Shown here: positions 39,203 to 48,320 of the stretch, in pieces
How positions within the stretch are numbered: position 1 is the first letter of the stretch
Layout of the letters: each line of letters begins with the position of its first letter
NCBI GenBank assembly: GCA_041165705.1
Contig: JBEAMW010000062.1
Span: 1,580 to 65,579 of the forward strand
DNA: 64,000 nucleotides
Origin: Pseudomonadota bacterium
GTDB taxonomy: Bacteria > Pseudomonadota > Gammaproteobacteria > Burkholderiales > Burkholderiaceae_A
Reading direction: 5' to 3'
Translations under genes and position numbers: made by a program
Notes under the pieces: generated by a model
What the model saw: the letters and a program-made list of their open reading frames with translations, nothing else
Told to the model about the DNA's origin: nothing
Databases searched by the model: none

Positions 39203-39759
39203 GCTTTGTATCGGCTAGCCCCTATCACCTGGTGATCTCAGTCGCTGCCCAGCGCCTGCACCTCTACGATCTGAGCAGAACCCACACGCAACTCCCCGGT
39301 CAGCACGACCCCGCCCGATGGCACCCCATTCAGGCCCAGTGGGTCCGCTCTTTCTCAGTCTCAACGGCCCGAAATGGGGTTGGAAATCAGCGCGGGAGCT
39401 TCTGCACACCCACCGGTCGGCATCAGATTCGCGCCAAGATCGGCGCAGGCGCGGCCTTTAACACGGTATTCGTTGGCCGAAGGCCCACGGGAGAGATCTG
39501 GACGCCGACGCTCGCGGGGCAGCATCCCAAGCGAGACTGGATCCTCACCCGCATCCTCTGGCTGTCCGGCCTCGAGCCCGGGATCAACCGCCTCGGTGAG
39601 GTGGACACCATGCGTCGCTATGTCTATTTTCACGGGAGCCCACCCACGGTGGAGATGGGCGAGCCTGGGTCGATTGGCTGCGTGAGAATGCGCAACCAAG
39701 ACATTGTCGATCTCTTTGACTGGGTTCCCGCAGGAACCACAGTCATGATCGATCAGTAG
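39199..39759 (+). CDS. L,D-transpeptidase (YkuD family)
   Basis: VSTA.NG.G, TP.G.H, WILTRILWL and YFHG...SIGCVRM. Confidence 0.85.
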   Translation: MSFVSASPYHLVISVAAQRLHLYDLSRTHTQLPGQHDPARWHPIQAQWVRSFSVSTARNGVGNQRGSFCTPTGRHQIRAKIGAGAAFNTVFVGRRPTGEIWTPTLAGQHPKRDWILTRILWLSGLEPGINRLGEVDTMRRYVYFHGSPPTVEMGEPGSIGCVRMRNQDIVDLFDWVPAGTTVMIDQ

Positions 39760-39764
39760 AGGCC

Positions 39765-40535
39765 TTACTTAATCTTGGCCTTGGCCTTCAGTTTTTCCTG
39801 AAACGCACCCAGCTGGCGACGCTGAATTCCCTCACGAAGCTGGTCTTTCACCTCATCGAATGCGGGAATCTGGGCCTTACGGGTGTCGTCCAGCCGGATC
39901 ACATGCCATCCAAACTGAGACTGCACGGGGGTCTGGGTGAGCTCCCCCTTCTTGAGTGCCATGAGTGCATCTGCAAAGGGCTTCACAAAGTTTGAGGGGT
40001 TGGCCCAGTCGAGATCTCCACCCCGTGCTGCGGAGCCAGGGTCTTTGGAATCCTTGGCAAGATCTTCGAATTTGGCTCCCTTGCCCAGCTTCTGAATGAT
40101 GGCCTTCGCAGCATCCTCAGACTCCACCAGGATGTGGCGAGCGCGATATTCGTCACCCTGTAGCTTGGAGAGGCGCTCGTACTCAGCCTTCACATCGGCC
40201 TCTTTGATGGGATTCTTGCTGATCTCGTCCTGGACCAGGGCCTGAATCAGAACCTGTTGGCGCGCGGCATCGATCTGGAATTTGAGCTCGGGCTTGGCGG
40301 GAAGGCCTCGGCGCTCGGCCTCCTGAAGGAGAATCTCGCGGTCGACCAGTTCCTGGCGGACCAGGGTGGCGAGCTCGGGGGTGACCGGCTGGCCCTGCTT
40401 CTCCAGTTCTTTCATGAATAGGTCGGCGCGGGCCTTGGGAATGGCCCGACCATTCACAACCGCAATGTTCTGGGCGAGAGCCGTGCTCGATAGGGTAAGC
40501 AGCAGGGCTGCCAAAACAGGAGAAAAACGCGCCAT
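39765..40535 (-). CDS. Periplasmic parvulin-type peptidyl-prolyl isomerase
   Basis: Signal peptide, ARHILV, S.DPGS..RGGDL and SQFGWHVI. Confidence 0.92.
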   Translation of the reverse strand: MARFSPVLAALLLTLSSTALAQNIAVVNGRAIPKARADLFMKELEKQGQPVTPELATLVRQELVDREILLQEAERRGLPAKPELKFQIDAARQQVLIQALVQDEISKNPIKEADVKAEYERLSKLQGDEYRARHILVESEDAAKAIIQKLGKGAKFEDLAKDSKDPGSAARGGDLDWANPSNFVKPFADALMALKKGELTQTPVQSQFGWHVIRLDDTRKAQIPAFDEVKDQLREGIQRRQLGAFQEKLKAKAKIK

Positions 40536-40804
40536 TAGACAAACTCCGAAGGGGTACGCGCGTCGATTGAGAGCGCATGGATTCGCGCGGGCATCCAGTC
40601 GCTCAGCGCATCATACACAAGGCGATGACGGCTCACTCTGCTCTTGCCGTCGAAGTCGGCAGAGACAATCAGCAGCTCGAAGTGACCCCCACCAGAGGCT
40701 GCGCCGCTATGCCCGTGATGCGCGGCGGTGTCATCACGCAGAACCAGTTCCTTCACCTGAAGTCGTTCGCGCAGGCGGGCCTCAATCGCCTCAGGGAGTG
40801 TCAT
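40535..40804 (-). CDS. bolA: BolA-family protein
   Basis: H.GH.G, GHF, F.GKSRV.RHRLVY and IHALSI. Confidence 0.93.
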   Translation of the reverse strand: MTLPEAIEARLRERLQVKELVLRDDTAAHHGHSGAASGGGHFELLIVSADFDGKSRVSRHRLVYDALSDWMPARIHALSIDARTPSEFV

Positions 40805-41339
40805 TGTCGGCGGCCTCTTGTCCGTGTCGGGTCATGTAGATCGTCTGGCCAATGATGAAGAGGATCATGAGGCCAAGGGTGCCAAAGAGCTTGAAGTCTA
40901 CCCAGACATCGGTGGAGAAGGTGGTGGCGACCCAGGCATTGAGAACAGCCATCACCACGAAAAAGACCACCCAGGCGAGGTTCAGCCGACGCCAGGCAGA
41001 GTCTGGCATCTGAATCTTCTCGCCCAAGAGGGACTTCAGCACCAGCGCCTTGCCCAGAAGCTGCGGAATGAGAAAGACCAGGGCAGAGAGGCCATAGAGG
41101 AGGGTGGGTTTGGCCTTGATAAATCGTTCGTCCTGAAGCAAGAGCGTGAGCCCGCCAAAGACGGTGATGAGGCCAAGGCTGATCCATTGCATCCGATCGA
41201 TAGGCATTCCACGCATGCGCATGAGGCCGATCATGAGCATGCTCACGAGCACAGCCAGGGCGGTGGCCCAGTAGAGGTCGACGAGCTTGTAGGTGACAAA
41301 GAAGACGACAATCGCGCCCCAGTCTGCAAGGAACTTCAC
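40791..41339 (-). CDS. yciB: Inner membrane-spanning protein YciB (septation protein IspZ)
   Basis: FGGLTL...DE.FIK.KPT, W..LN..W and WVDFKLFG. Confidence 0.93.
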   Translation of the reverse strand: MKFLADWGAIVVFFVTYKLVDLYWATALAVLVSMLMIGLMRMRGMPIDRMQWISLGLITVFGGLTLLLQDERFIKAKPTLLYGLSALVFLIPQLLGKALVLKSLLGEKIQMPDSAWRRLNLAWVVFFVVMAVLNAWVATTFSTDVWVDFKLFGTLGLMILFIIGQTIYMTRHGQEAADNDTP

Positions 41340-41722
41340 TCGGCACTGCCCTCAAATTTTACGGAGGCCGAGTTGACGCAGTAGCGAAGACCGGTCTCGG
41401 TGGGGCCATCGGGGAAGACATGGCCCAGGTGGGCGCCACAGTGGTTACAGAGAATCTCTGTGCGAATCACGCCGTGGCTTCGATCCTCTACCTCACGAAT
41501 ATTGCCCTCCACCAGCGCTCGGTCATAGCTGGGCCAGCCACAGCCTGCGTCGAATTTGCTGTCGGACGAGAAGAGCTGAGTGCCGCAGCAGATGCAGTCG
41601 TAGCGGCCCTTCCCCCAGAAGTTCCAGAATTCGCCGGTGAAAGGGGGCTCGGTGTATGCCTTCTGCGTGACGGCGTACTGCATGTCTGTGAGCCGAGCGC
41701 GCAGTTCATCATCTTGAGTCAT
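41336..41722 (-). CDS. msrB: Peptide-methionine (R)-S-oxide reductase
   Basis: TE.PF.G, CxxC, KFDAGCGWPS, HLGHVFPDGP and RYCVNS. SD AAGGAG precedes ATG 41722. Confidence 0.96.
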   Translation of the reverse strand: MTQDDELRARLTDMQYAVTQKAYTEPPFTGEFWNFWGKGRYDCICCGTQLFSSDSKFDAGCGWPSYDRALVEGNIREVEDRSHGVIRTEILCNHCGAHLGHVFPDGPTETGLRYCVNSASVKFEGSAE

Positions 41723-41747
41723 TGGAATCTCCTTGGAAGCCTCGAGT

Positions 41748-43367
41748 TTAGCTGGAGCAGCTGAGCGAGAGTGTTGCGGCCCAGTCCGGTGCAGGCCCTG
41801 TCCAGCGGACAAAGAGCGGCTCCGCCTCAAAGGACTGTGTGGGCTTCGAGACATACCGCATCGCGGCCTGAAGTGGGGCGATATTGCCCTCATCCTCCAG
41901 CGCCCGAATCACCTCTTCCGCCACCCAGTTACGCAGAATAAATCGGGGGTTGGTCTCCTCGAGACGCCGCCGGCGGGCCAGGTCTCCCATCTCGCGCGCC
42001 TGAGCGGCTGCGACAGGCTGATAGTGGCCAAGAAAGGACTCCAGGGCGTCCGGGCGAAGCACCTGATCCCGCAGGGCCTGAAATCCATGAACGCCTGTGG
42101 GCTCCAGCTCGAGCGGGCTGCAGCGCGAGAGTGCCTCGAAAAAGCGGGTGTAGTCGAGCCCTTCAGAGGCGAGCAGGCCGTAGAGCGCATTCATCAGCCC
42201 ATCCCAGTCCTGAGCCTCAAGCCTCGCAGAGACGCCCAGCTTCTCTGCCATAAGCTGGCGGTACTGAGTCTGAAAGTGGCGCTCATACTGGTCAAGCAGA
42301 GCATCGCGCAGGGCCTCCTTCTGCTGCGCGGACAAGACTGGCGCAGTCGACAGCGCAGCAAGCAGCCGTTCGAGGTTCCAGAGGCCGATAGAAGGCTGGT
42401 GGGCAAACCGGTATCGACCAGAATGGTCTGAGTGGTTGCAGACCTCATTCGGATGAAAGGCCTCCATCCAGGCAAAGGGGCCGTAGTCCAGAGTGAGCCC
42501 AAGAATCGAGAAGTTGTCGGTATTCATCACGCCATGCATGAAACCTACCGCGGTCCAGTGGGCCATGAGGGCAGCCGTTCTCTTCACCGCAAGCTCAAAG
42601 AAGGCAATCAGCCGGTCTGCCCCTTGATGGCTCTGCAGCCCCTCAAACGCGGGCTGGTGGCTGATGAGCGAATCCATCAGCTGGATCATCAGGTCGGGGC
42701 GGCCGCGAGCGGCAAAATATTCGAAGTGGCCAAAGCGGATGAAGCTGGGAGCGACCCGACAGACAATCGCAGCGGGCTCGGGCTGTTCACGAAAGACGGC
42801 AGTGCTCGACACCACCAGTGAGAGGGCTCGGGTGGTGGGGACGCCAAGCCCCGCCATGGCCTCCGAACAGAGAAACTCGCGCACGGAGGAGCGAAGGACA
42901 GCCCGGCCATCGGCAAACCGGGCATAGGGGGTTGTTCCTGCACCTTTGAGCTGCAGCACCCATCCGTTGATCGCAGCGAGATTGAGGGCTCGACCGTCGC
43001 CCAGCCGGGGGACAAAGCTGCCGAACTGATGACCGGCATACACACTTGCATAGGCCGGACGTCCCTCGATGGTGGCGGCCCCACTGAGAAGCTCAGCCCA
43101 GGCAGCACTCGACTGGAGGACTTCAGGCTGCAGCCCCATGAGCCGGGCCACGTCGGGAACCACCGAACAGAGCTGGGGTTCGTCGAGGGGCGTGGGGTCG
43201 CAGGCGAAGGCGAGCGGCTCCTCCGGAGGGAAGGCGTAGTCGGGCAGATCCCTGCTGAACTGGCTGGCCTCAAGCCCAAGGCTTTCGGCCGATCGCCGCG
43301 GAACCCCCTGCCCAGCGGGCACACTGGGGGCAAGCGGCGGAAGGGAGAAGGGCGTGAAGGCGTTCAA
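41748..43367 (-). CDS. selO: Protein adenylyltransferase SelO (YdiU family)
   Basis: YAGHQFG, LGDGRA, LQLKGAG.TPY, DGRAVLRS, GFMHGVMNTDN and C-terminal CSS. Start is uncertain. Confidence 0.92.
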   Translation of the reverse strand: MNAFTPFSLPPLAPSVPAGQGVPRRSAESLGLEASQFSRDLPDYAFPPEEPLAFACDPTPLDEPQLCSVVPDVARLMGLQPEVLQSSAAWAELLSGAATIEGRPAYASVYAGHQFGSFVPRLGDGRALNLAAINGWVLQLKGAGTTPYARFADGRAVLRSSVREFLCSEAMAGLGVPTTRALSLVVSSTAVFREQPEPAAIVCRVAPSFIRFGHFEYFAARGRPDLMIQLMDSLISHQPAFEGLQSHQGADRLIAFFELAVKRTAALMAHWTAVGFMHGVMNTDNFSILGLTLDYGPFAWMEAFHPNEVCNHSDHSGRYRFAHQPSIGLWNLERLLAALSTAPVLSAQQKEALRDALLDQYERHFQTQYRQLMAEKLGVSARLEAQDWDGLMNALYGLLASEGLDYTRFFEALSRCSPLELEPTGVHGFQALRDQVLRPDALESFLGHYQPVAAAQAREMGDLARRRRLEETNPRFILRNWVAEEVIRALEDEGNIAPLQAAMRYVSKPTQSFEAEPLFVRWTGPAPDWAATLSLSCSS

Positions 43368-43402
43368 GTGCTGGATCTTAAGTCCTGATACCCTGAGCGC
43401 CC

Positions 43403-43813
43403 ATGGAGACCCCACCCAATACCCTGTTTAATCGAGCGGTTCCCCCCTTTGTGGCCCACCTTGGCATCGAGGTTGTTCGGGCCGAGCAGGGGCAGAGTGA
43501 GCTCGCCCTTGACCTCCAGCCTTGGCAGCTCAATGACCTGGGCATGGGCCACGGTGGGGTGGTGATGACTCTACTGGATGTCACGATGGCCGTTGCGGCC
43601 CGTGCGGGTGATCCCGAGCAGAGGGGTGTGGTGACGATCGAGATGAAGACCAGCTTCCTGAGGCCTGCAAGGGGCAGGGTAAGCTGCTCTGGCTTCTGCG
43701 ACTACCGGTCCAAGTCGATGGCCTTCTGCCGGGCGGATCTCAAAGACTCCCACGGCCGGCTGTTGGCGCAGGCGATGGGCAGCTTCAAGCGACTCGCCTC
43801 CGAGACCGACTAG
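43403..43813 (+). CDS. PaaI-family thioesterase
   Basis: N..G..HGGV.MTLLD hot-dog-fold motif and TIEMKTSF.RP. Confidence 0.88.
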   Translation: METPPNTLFNRAVPPFVAHLGIEVVRAEQGQSELALDLQPWQLNDLGMGHGGVVMTLLDVTMAVAARAGDPEQRGVVTIEMKTSFLRPARGRVSCSGFCDYRSKSMAFCRADLKDSHGRLLAQAMGSFKRLASETD

Positions 43814-44781
43814 GTGAGCCTGGGGCGATTCACCTGCTGCGGTTCGGTTGGCACCTCGTAGGGCAGAGGGCCGGGTGTGAGCTGAGGGCCAGCCGGGCCA
43901 GCAAGATGCAGACTGGAGCGCCCAGCGATCACGGCTTGAATGGACTCGAGCCCAACCGATGCGAGCAGCACGCCCGAGGCCTGCATCACCAGGTCGCCGA
44001 CCGGTTCATCCTGATCGGTCTGAAAGAGAAGGGTTCCGGGCGGGTGATGGGCCATCGAATCGGACTCCAGAGAGAACAGAAACATCCGTCGATTGAGTTT
44101 TCCGAGGTACTGGCTACGCGCCACCACCTCCTGCCCCGTGTAGCAGCCCTTCTTGAATCCAATCCCATCGAGCAGGTCGAAATTGAGCATCTGGGGAACG
44201 AAGGCCTCCTGCGTCTCCGGCCAGACCCAGGGCTGTCCCGACCGAATCTCAGCGGCCCACCAGTCCAGTTCGCTGGCCGACCGGGGCGACTGGGCCAATG
44301 CCCAGGCATCGGAGCCACTGGGGCTGCCGACCAGCAGTCCTCGCCCGAGCCCCGACGGGTCGGGGCGAACCTGAAGGAGCCAGAGCTGTTCGTCGAGCTG
44401 CTCGACGAGCCCGGGCTGAGCCTGTTCCCCATTCAGCCATGCCCCCCGAACCGTCCAGGCGGCATCATCGAGCGTGACCTTGGCTCTGAGCACATACATC
44501 CGGAGCCGCTTGATGAGCGAGGGCGCGACTGCCTGAGGTGTGATCTGCGCGAGGCTGGCGTCGTCCACCGCCCACTGGATGAAACTGGCCAGCAGACGGC
44601 CCTTGGGCGTGCAGGCCCCGCTGAGCTGGTGTTGGCCGGCGCGCACGGCCGTTGGCGGTGAGAGCCGCTCGGTGTCCTGGGTGAGCTGACCCTGAAGAAA
44701 GGATCGGGCATCGGGCCCCGTCGCAGTCCAGACCGTGAGTGGAAGAGGGGGCGTGAGGGCGTTCAGCGAAAGGGAATGCAT
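43810..44781 (-). CDS. ygfZ: Folate-binding Fe-S cluster repair protein YgfZ
   Basis: G.DA..FLQGQLT, KGR, FVPQM and the KGCYTGQEVVAR signature. Confidence 0.92.
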   Translation of the reverse strand: MHSLSLNALTPPLPLTVWTATGPDARSFLQGQLTQDTERLSPPTAVRAGQHQLSGACTPKGRLLASFIQWAVDDASLAQITPQAVAPSLIKRLRMYVLRAKVTLDDAAWTVRGAWLNGEQAQPGLVEQLDEQLWLLQVRPDPSGLGRGLLVGSPSGSDAWALAQSPRSASELDWWAAEIRSGQPWVWPETQEAFVPQMLNFDLLDGIGFKKGCYTGQEVVARSQYLGKLNRRMFLFSLESDSMAHHPPGTLLFQTDQDEPVGDLVMQASGVLLASVGLESIQAVIAGRSSLHLAGPAGPQLTPGPLPYEVPTEPQQVNRPRLT

Positions 44782-44800
44782 GCCGACTAATATAGCGAGG

Positions 44801-45850
44801 ATGAAATGGATCGTTCGGCTCTTTGCCCTCACCCTCACCATGGCCATTCTGCTGGCTGGGCTGGGATATGCCTGGCTTCACCGGTCGGTGGTGCCGGGCG
44901 AGACGGGAGGCTCCCCCCTCGAGCTCGTCATTCCCCCGGGCAGTTCGGCCCAGGCAATTGGCTGGCTGCTCGAGGACTCAGGGCTTGATCTCCACGGGCC
45001 CGCCTTTGCCTGGGCTGCTCGCGCCATGGGCGTTCAGGGAAATCTGAAGGCGGGTGTCTATGAGCTGCGTCCAGGAGACTCGCTGGTGGTCTTGCTCCAA
45101 AAGCTCTCCCGGGGGGATTCACTCCAGGCGGCGGTCACCCTCATTGAGGGCTGGACGTTTGAGCAGATGTTTCGAGCCGTTCGGTCCAATCCGTCCATTG
45201 CCCGCACGCTCCCCGACGATGTGAAGGAGGCCAGCCGCAGCCTGGCCCTGGGAATGGGGCTCGACGCCTCATCGATTGAGGGATGGGTCTTTCCGGATAC
45301 CTATCTGGTTCAGAAAGGCAGCTCCGACCAGATGCTCTTTGAGCGGGCGATTCGACTGCAGAAACGCGTCCTGTCCGAGGCCTGGGAGGCCCGCAGCCCG
45401 CGGATTTCCCTCCAGACGCCCGAGGAGGCTCTGATTCTTGCGAGCATCATTGAACGGGAAACCCAGCACCCAGAGGACCGAGAGTGGGTCTCGGCCGTGT
45501 TTCACAATCGTCTGGCCGTTCAGATGCCGCTGCAGTCCGATCCCACCGTGATCTATGCCTTAGGCAGTACCTTTGACGGCAACATCCGGCGCGCTGACCT
45601 CCTGGTCGAATCAAGCTTCAACACCTATCGGGTTCGCGGTCTACCGCCGCACCCCATCGCCAATCCGGGACGGGCCGCCCTCGTCGCCGCGCTCAATCCG
45701 GCTCCCACACGAGCCCTTTATTTTGTGGCCCAGGGTGACGGCAGCTCTTACTTCAGTCTGACGCTCGACCAGCACAACCAGGCCGTGGACTATTTTCAGC
45801 GTCGCCGAGGGGCCGCTCCCCCGCCCTCGCTCAAGGAGTCAAGGCCATGA
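44801..45850 (+). CDS. mltG: Endolytic transglycosylase MltG
   Basis: N-terminal TM helix, EG..FPDTY, LASIIERE, LQSDPT, GLPP.PI.NPG and LYFVA. Confidence 0.94.
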   Translation: MKWIVRLFALTLTMAILLAGLGYAWLHRSVVPGETGGSPLELVIPPGSSAQAIGWLLEDSGLDLHGPAFAWAARAMGVQGNLKAGVYELRPGDSLVVLLQKLSRGDSLQAAVTLIEGWTFEQMFRAVRSNPSIARTLPDDVKEASRSLALGMGLDASSIEGWVFPDTYLVQKGSSDQMLFERAIRLQKRVLSEAWEARSPRISLQTPEEALILASIIERETQHPEDREWVSAVFHNRLAVQMPLQSDPTVIYALGSTFDGNIRRADLLVESSFNTYRVRGLPPHPIANPGRAALVAALNPAPTRALYFVAQGDGSSYFSLTLDQHNQAVDYFQRRRGAAPPPSLKESRP

Positions 45851-46530
45851 TGCAGAACCCGTCTGGTTCCGGCAGGGGGCCGGCTCGGGCCTGGTTTGTC
45901 GTGCTTGAGGGCGTGGATGGGGCGGGCAAGAGCAGCCACATTCCGTTTATTCAGGCCTGGTTTGCAGCCCGCTCTCTCCCGCTTGCCCTCACCCGAGAGC
46001 CAGGCGGTAGTCCTCTGGCGGAGCAGCTGCGGGAACTCCTACTGCATCAGCCCATGGACGGACTGACCGAGGCCCTCACCATGTTCGCTGCGCGACGAGA
46101 CCACCTTACTCAGACGGTCTGGCCAGCCCTTCGCAGGGGCGAATCCGTGCTCTCAGACCGCTACCTCGACTCGAGCTGGGCCTACCAGGGCGGCGGCCGC
46201 GGCGTATCGGAGGCCACCCTGGCTGCTCTGACCGAGGCCGTGGAGCAGGATGGTGAGGGCACAGGCCCGACGCCTAGCCTGGTGTTCTACTTCGACCTCG
46301 ACCCTGAACAGGCTGCTGCGAGACGCGGAGGCCGGCAGGCGCAGACCGGAGAGACGCCAGACCGGTTTGAGCAGGAAGGCCTCTCCTTTTTCAGGCGGGT
46401 TCGTGCGGCCTACGCCGAAGCAGCCCGGCGCAGAGGTGCTCGCGCTGTCTGGCTGGATGCAAGCCGGCCCATCGCAGAGCTTCAGCAACAGATCGACCAG
46501 GCCCTGCAGGCCCTGGTGTCCCATGACTAA
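45847..46530 (+). CDS. tmk: Thymidylate kinase
   Basis: EGVDGAGKSS, TREPGG, DRY.DSS.AYQG and DRFE. Confidence 0.95.
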   Translation: MMQNPSGSGRGPARAWFVVLEGVDGAGKSSHIPFIQAWFAARSLPLALTREPGGSPLAEQLRELLLHQPMDGLTEALTMFAARRDHLTQTVWPALRRGESVLSDRYLDSSWAYQGGGRGVSEATLAALTEAVEQDGEGTGPTPSLVFYFDLDPEQAAARRGGRQAQTGETPDRFEQEGLSFFRRVRAAYAEAARRRGARAVWLDASRPIAELQQQIDQALQALVSHD

Positions 46531-47476
46531 GCCCGTCTTTGATGCCTGGCACCAGCAGAGCCTTAGCCTCTCTCAGCGGCCCTGGTCTGCTGCGCTCCTC
46601 ACTGCACCACCAGGGCTGGGACTGGGCGATTTTGCTGTCCAACTGGCGGCCAGCCTACTCTGCCTGCAGCCTCAAGGCCCCAGCCGTCATGTCGCCTGCG
46701 GCAGCTGCCAGTCTTGCCTCTGGATTGCCGACGGCCAGCATCCCGACCTGCGCTGGGTTCGACCGGCTGCGCTCGAAGGGGCCGAGGAGGAGGAGGGCAC
46801 TGAGGAGGAGGGCGCTGAGGGAAAGGAAAAGAAGCTCAGCCGAGAGATTCGGGTGGATCAGATTCGAGAGCTCGCGGGCTTCTCCCAGCTGAGCTCGCAT
46901 CGGGGTGGGATTCGGATCGCCGTGATTGGGCCGGTGGAGGCCTTGAATTTCGTCTCCGCCAATGCCTTGCTGAAGGGGCTCGAGGAGCCTGCTGAGGGCA
47001 TGCGCTACCTGCTCTATGGCGAGCGTCTTCAGGGCGTGCCGGCCACCATATTGTCTCGGTGCCGTCGTCTGTTCCTGTCTGCGCCGCAGCGCGCCGTCAC
47101 AGAGGCCCGGCTGGATCAGCCGGAGGGGCCGTCGGACTGGCTGCTTCCGCTGCTGTCTCAGGGCCGCCTCGACCCGCAGGCCTGGGCCGAACGCGCCGGT
47201 AAGGCGCCGGTCCGCCCTGTGCTGGAGTGGCTGAGCCTCTGGCTGCTCGACCTGCAGCGGCTGCGGGCAGGCCTAGAGCCGAACACCTTCTCTGAGCAGT
47301 CTGCGGCACTCCATCGGCAGCTGCGATGGCTCCAGAATCAGCCTCTGGCGGGTCAGGCCCTTGCGGATGCCCAGCATCGGCTGCAGAGCTTTCTGGGCCA
47401 TGCCGACCATCCCTTAAACCCCCGGCTTCGGTATGAAAACCTCTTTGTGTCCCTTCAGGATGTCTTTCCAACATGA
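46523..47476 (+). CDS. holB: DNA polymerase III delta' subunit
   Basis: LLC...ACGSC.SC zinc module, HPDL, I.VDQIR, ANALLK.LEEP and TILSRC. Confidence 0.88.
   Translation: MTKPVFDAWHQQSLSLSQRPWSAALLTAPPGLGLGDFAVQLAASLLCLQPQGPSRHVACGSCQSCLWIADGQHPDLRWVRPAALEGAEEEEGTEEEGAEGKEKKLSREIRVDQIRELAGFSQLSSHRGGIRIAVIGPVEALNFVSANALLKGLEEPAEGMRYLLYGERLQGVPATILSRCRRLFLSAPQRAVTEARLDQPEGPSDWLLPLLSQGRLDPQAWAERAGKAPVRPVLEWLSLWLLDLQRLRAGLEPNTFSEQSAALHRQLRWLQNQPLAGQALADAQHRLQSFLGHADHPLNPRLRYENLFVSLQDVFPT
46787..46816 (+). repeat. 15-bp tandem duplication in the acidic loop of holB
   Basis: GAGGAGGAGGGCACT followed by GAGGAGGAGGGCGCT. Confidence 0.7.
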
Positions 47477-48294
47477 CTGCTACTGCTGCTGAGCCCTCCT
47501 GGCCTGGCGAACTGGGCGCCGCCACCCTGGTGGACTCCCACTGCCACTTCAACTACGACGGTCTTGCTGGCCGAACCCCGGATATCCTTGACCGCATGGC
47601 GCAGGCAGGGGTGACCCGTGCGTTGAATGTCTGCACCACTCTCACAGAGGCGGAGGCCGTGCTTCAGACCGCCCTGAGCGACGATCGACTGGTGTGCAGC
47701 GTGGGCGTTCATCCCGACTACGAGGATGAGCCCGAGGAGGCCAGTGTCGAGGCTCTGGTGAGTCGGGGGGCCCATCCGAGAGTGGTGGCCATTGGCGAGA
47801 CTGGGCTGGACTACTACCGGCTCAAGGGCGACCTTGAATGGCAAAGGGAGCGCTTTCGTACCCATATCCGAGCCGCTCGAGCCCTGGGTAAGCCTCTGAT
47901 TATTCATACCCGAGAGGCAGCCGCCGATACGCTGCGCATTCTCAAAGAAGAGAAAGCACATGAGGTTGGCGGTGTTATGCATTGTTTTACTGAGAGTTTT
48001 GAAGTTGCAGAGGCGGCGATCGAGATGAACTTCCTGATCTCACTGTCTGGCATCGTGACGTTTAAGACTGCAGTGCAAGTCCATGATGTAGCGAGAAGAG
48101 TTCCTCTGGAACACCTCATGGTGGAGACAGATTCCCCCTTTCTGGCGCCCGTTCCGTTCCGAGGCAAGACCAATGAGCCCGGCTTCACTCGTTTCGTGGC
48201 TCAGCGCATTGCCGAGCTTAAGGAGACGAGCCTGGAGGCAGTGGCGAATGCGACCACGGCGAATTTTCTGCGGTTCAGCCAGCTAGAGGCCTAG
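47473..48294 (+). CDS. TatD-family hydrolase (YcfH-like)
   Basis: DSHCH, GVHP, GETGLDY, IHTR, HCF and ETDSP. Confidence 0.93.
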   Translation: MTATAAEPSWPGELGAATLVDSHCHFNYDGLAGRTPDILDRMAQAGVTRALNVCTTLTEAEAVLQTALSDDRLVCSVGVHPDYEDEPEEASVEALVSRGAHPRVVAIGETGLDYYRLKGDLEWQRERFRTHIRAARALGKPLIIHTREAAADTLRILKEEKAHEVGGVMHCFTESFEVAEAAIEMNFLISLSGIVTFKTAVQVHDVARRVPLEHLMVETDSPFLAPVPFRGKTNEPGFTRFVAQRIAELKETSLEAVANATTANFLRFSQLEA

Positions 48295-48320
48295 ATCGTC
48301 CCTCGCCCGGTTTCGGTTGA

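Noticed and set aside
41748-41765. Selenocysteine recoding in selO
   Set aside because: The gene ends Cys-Ser-Ser-TAA with no in-frame UGA.
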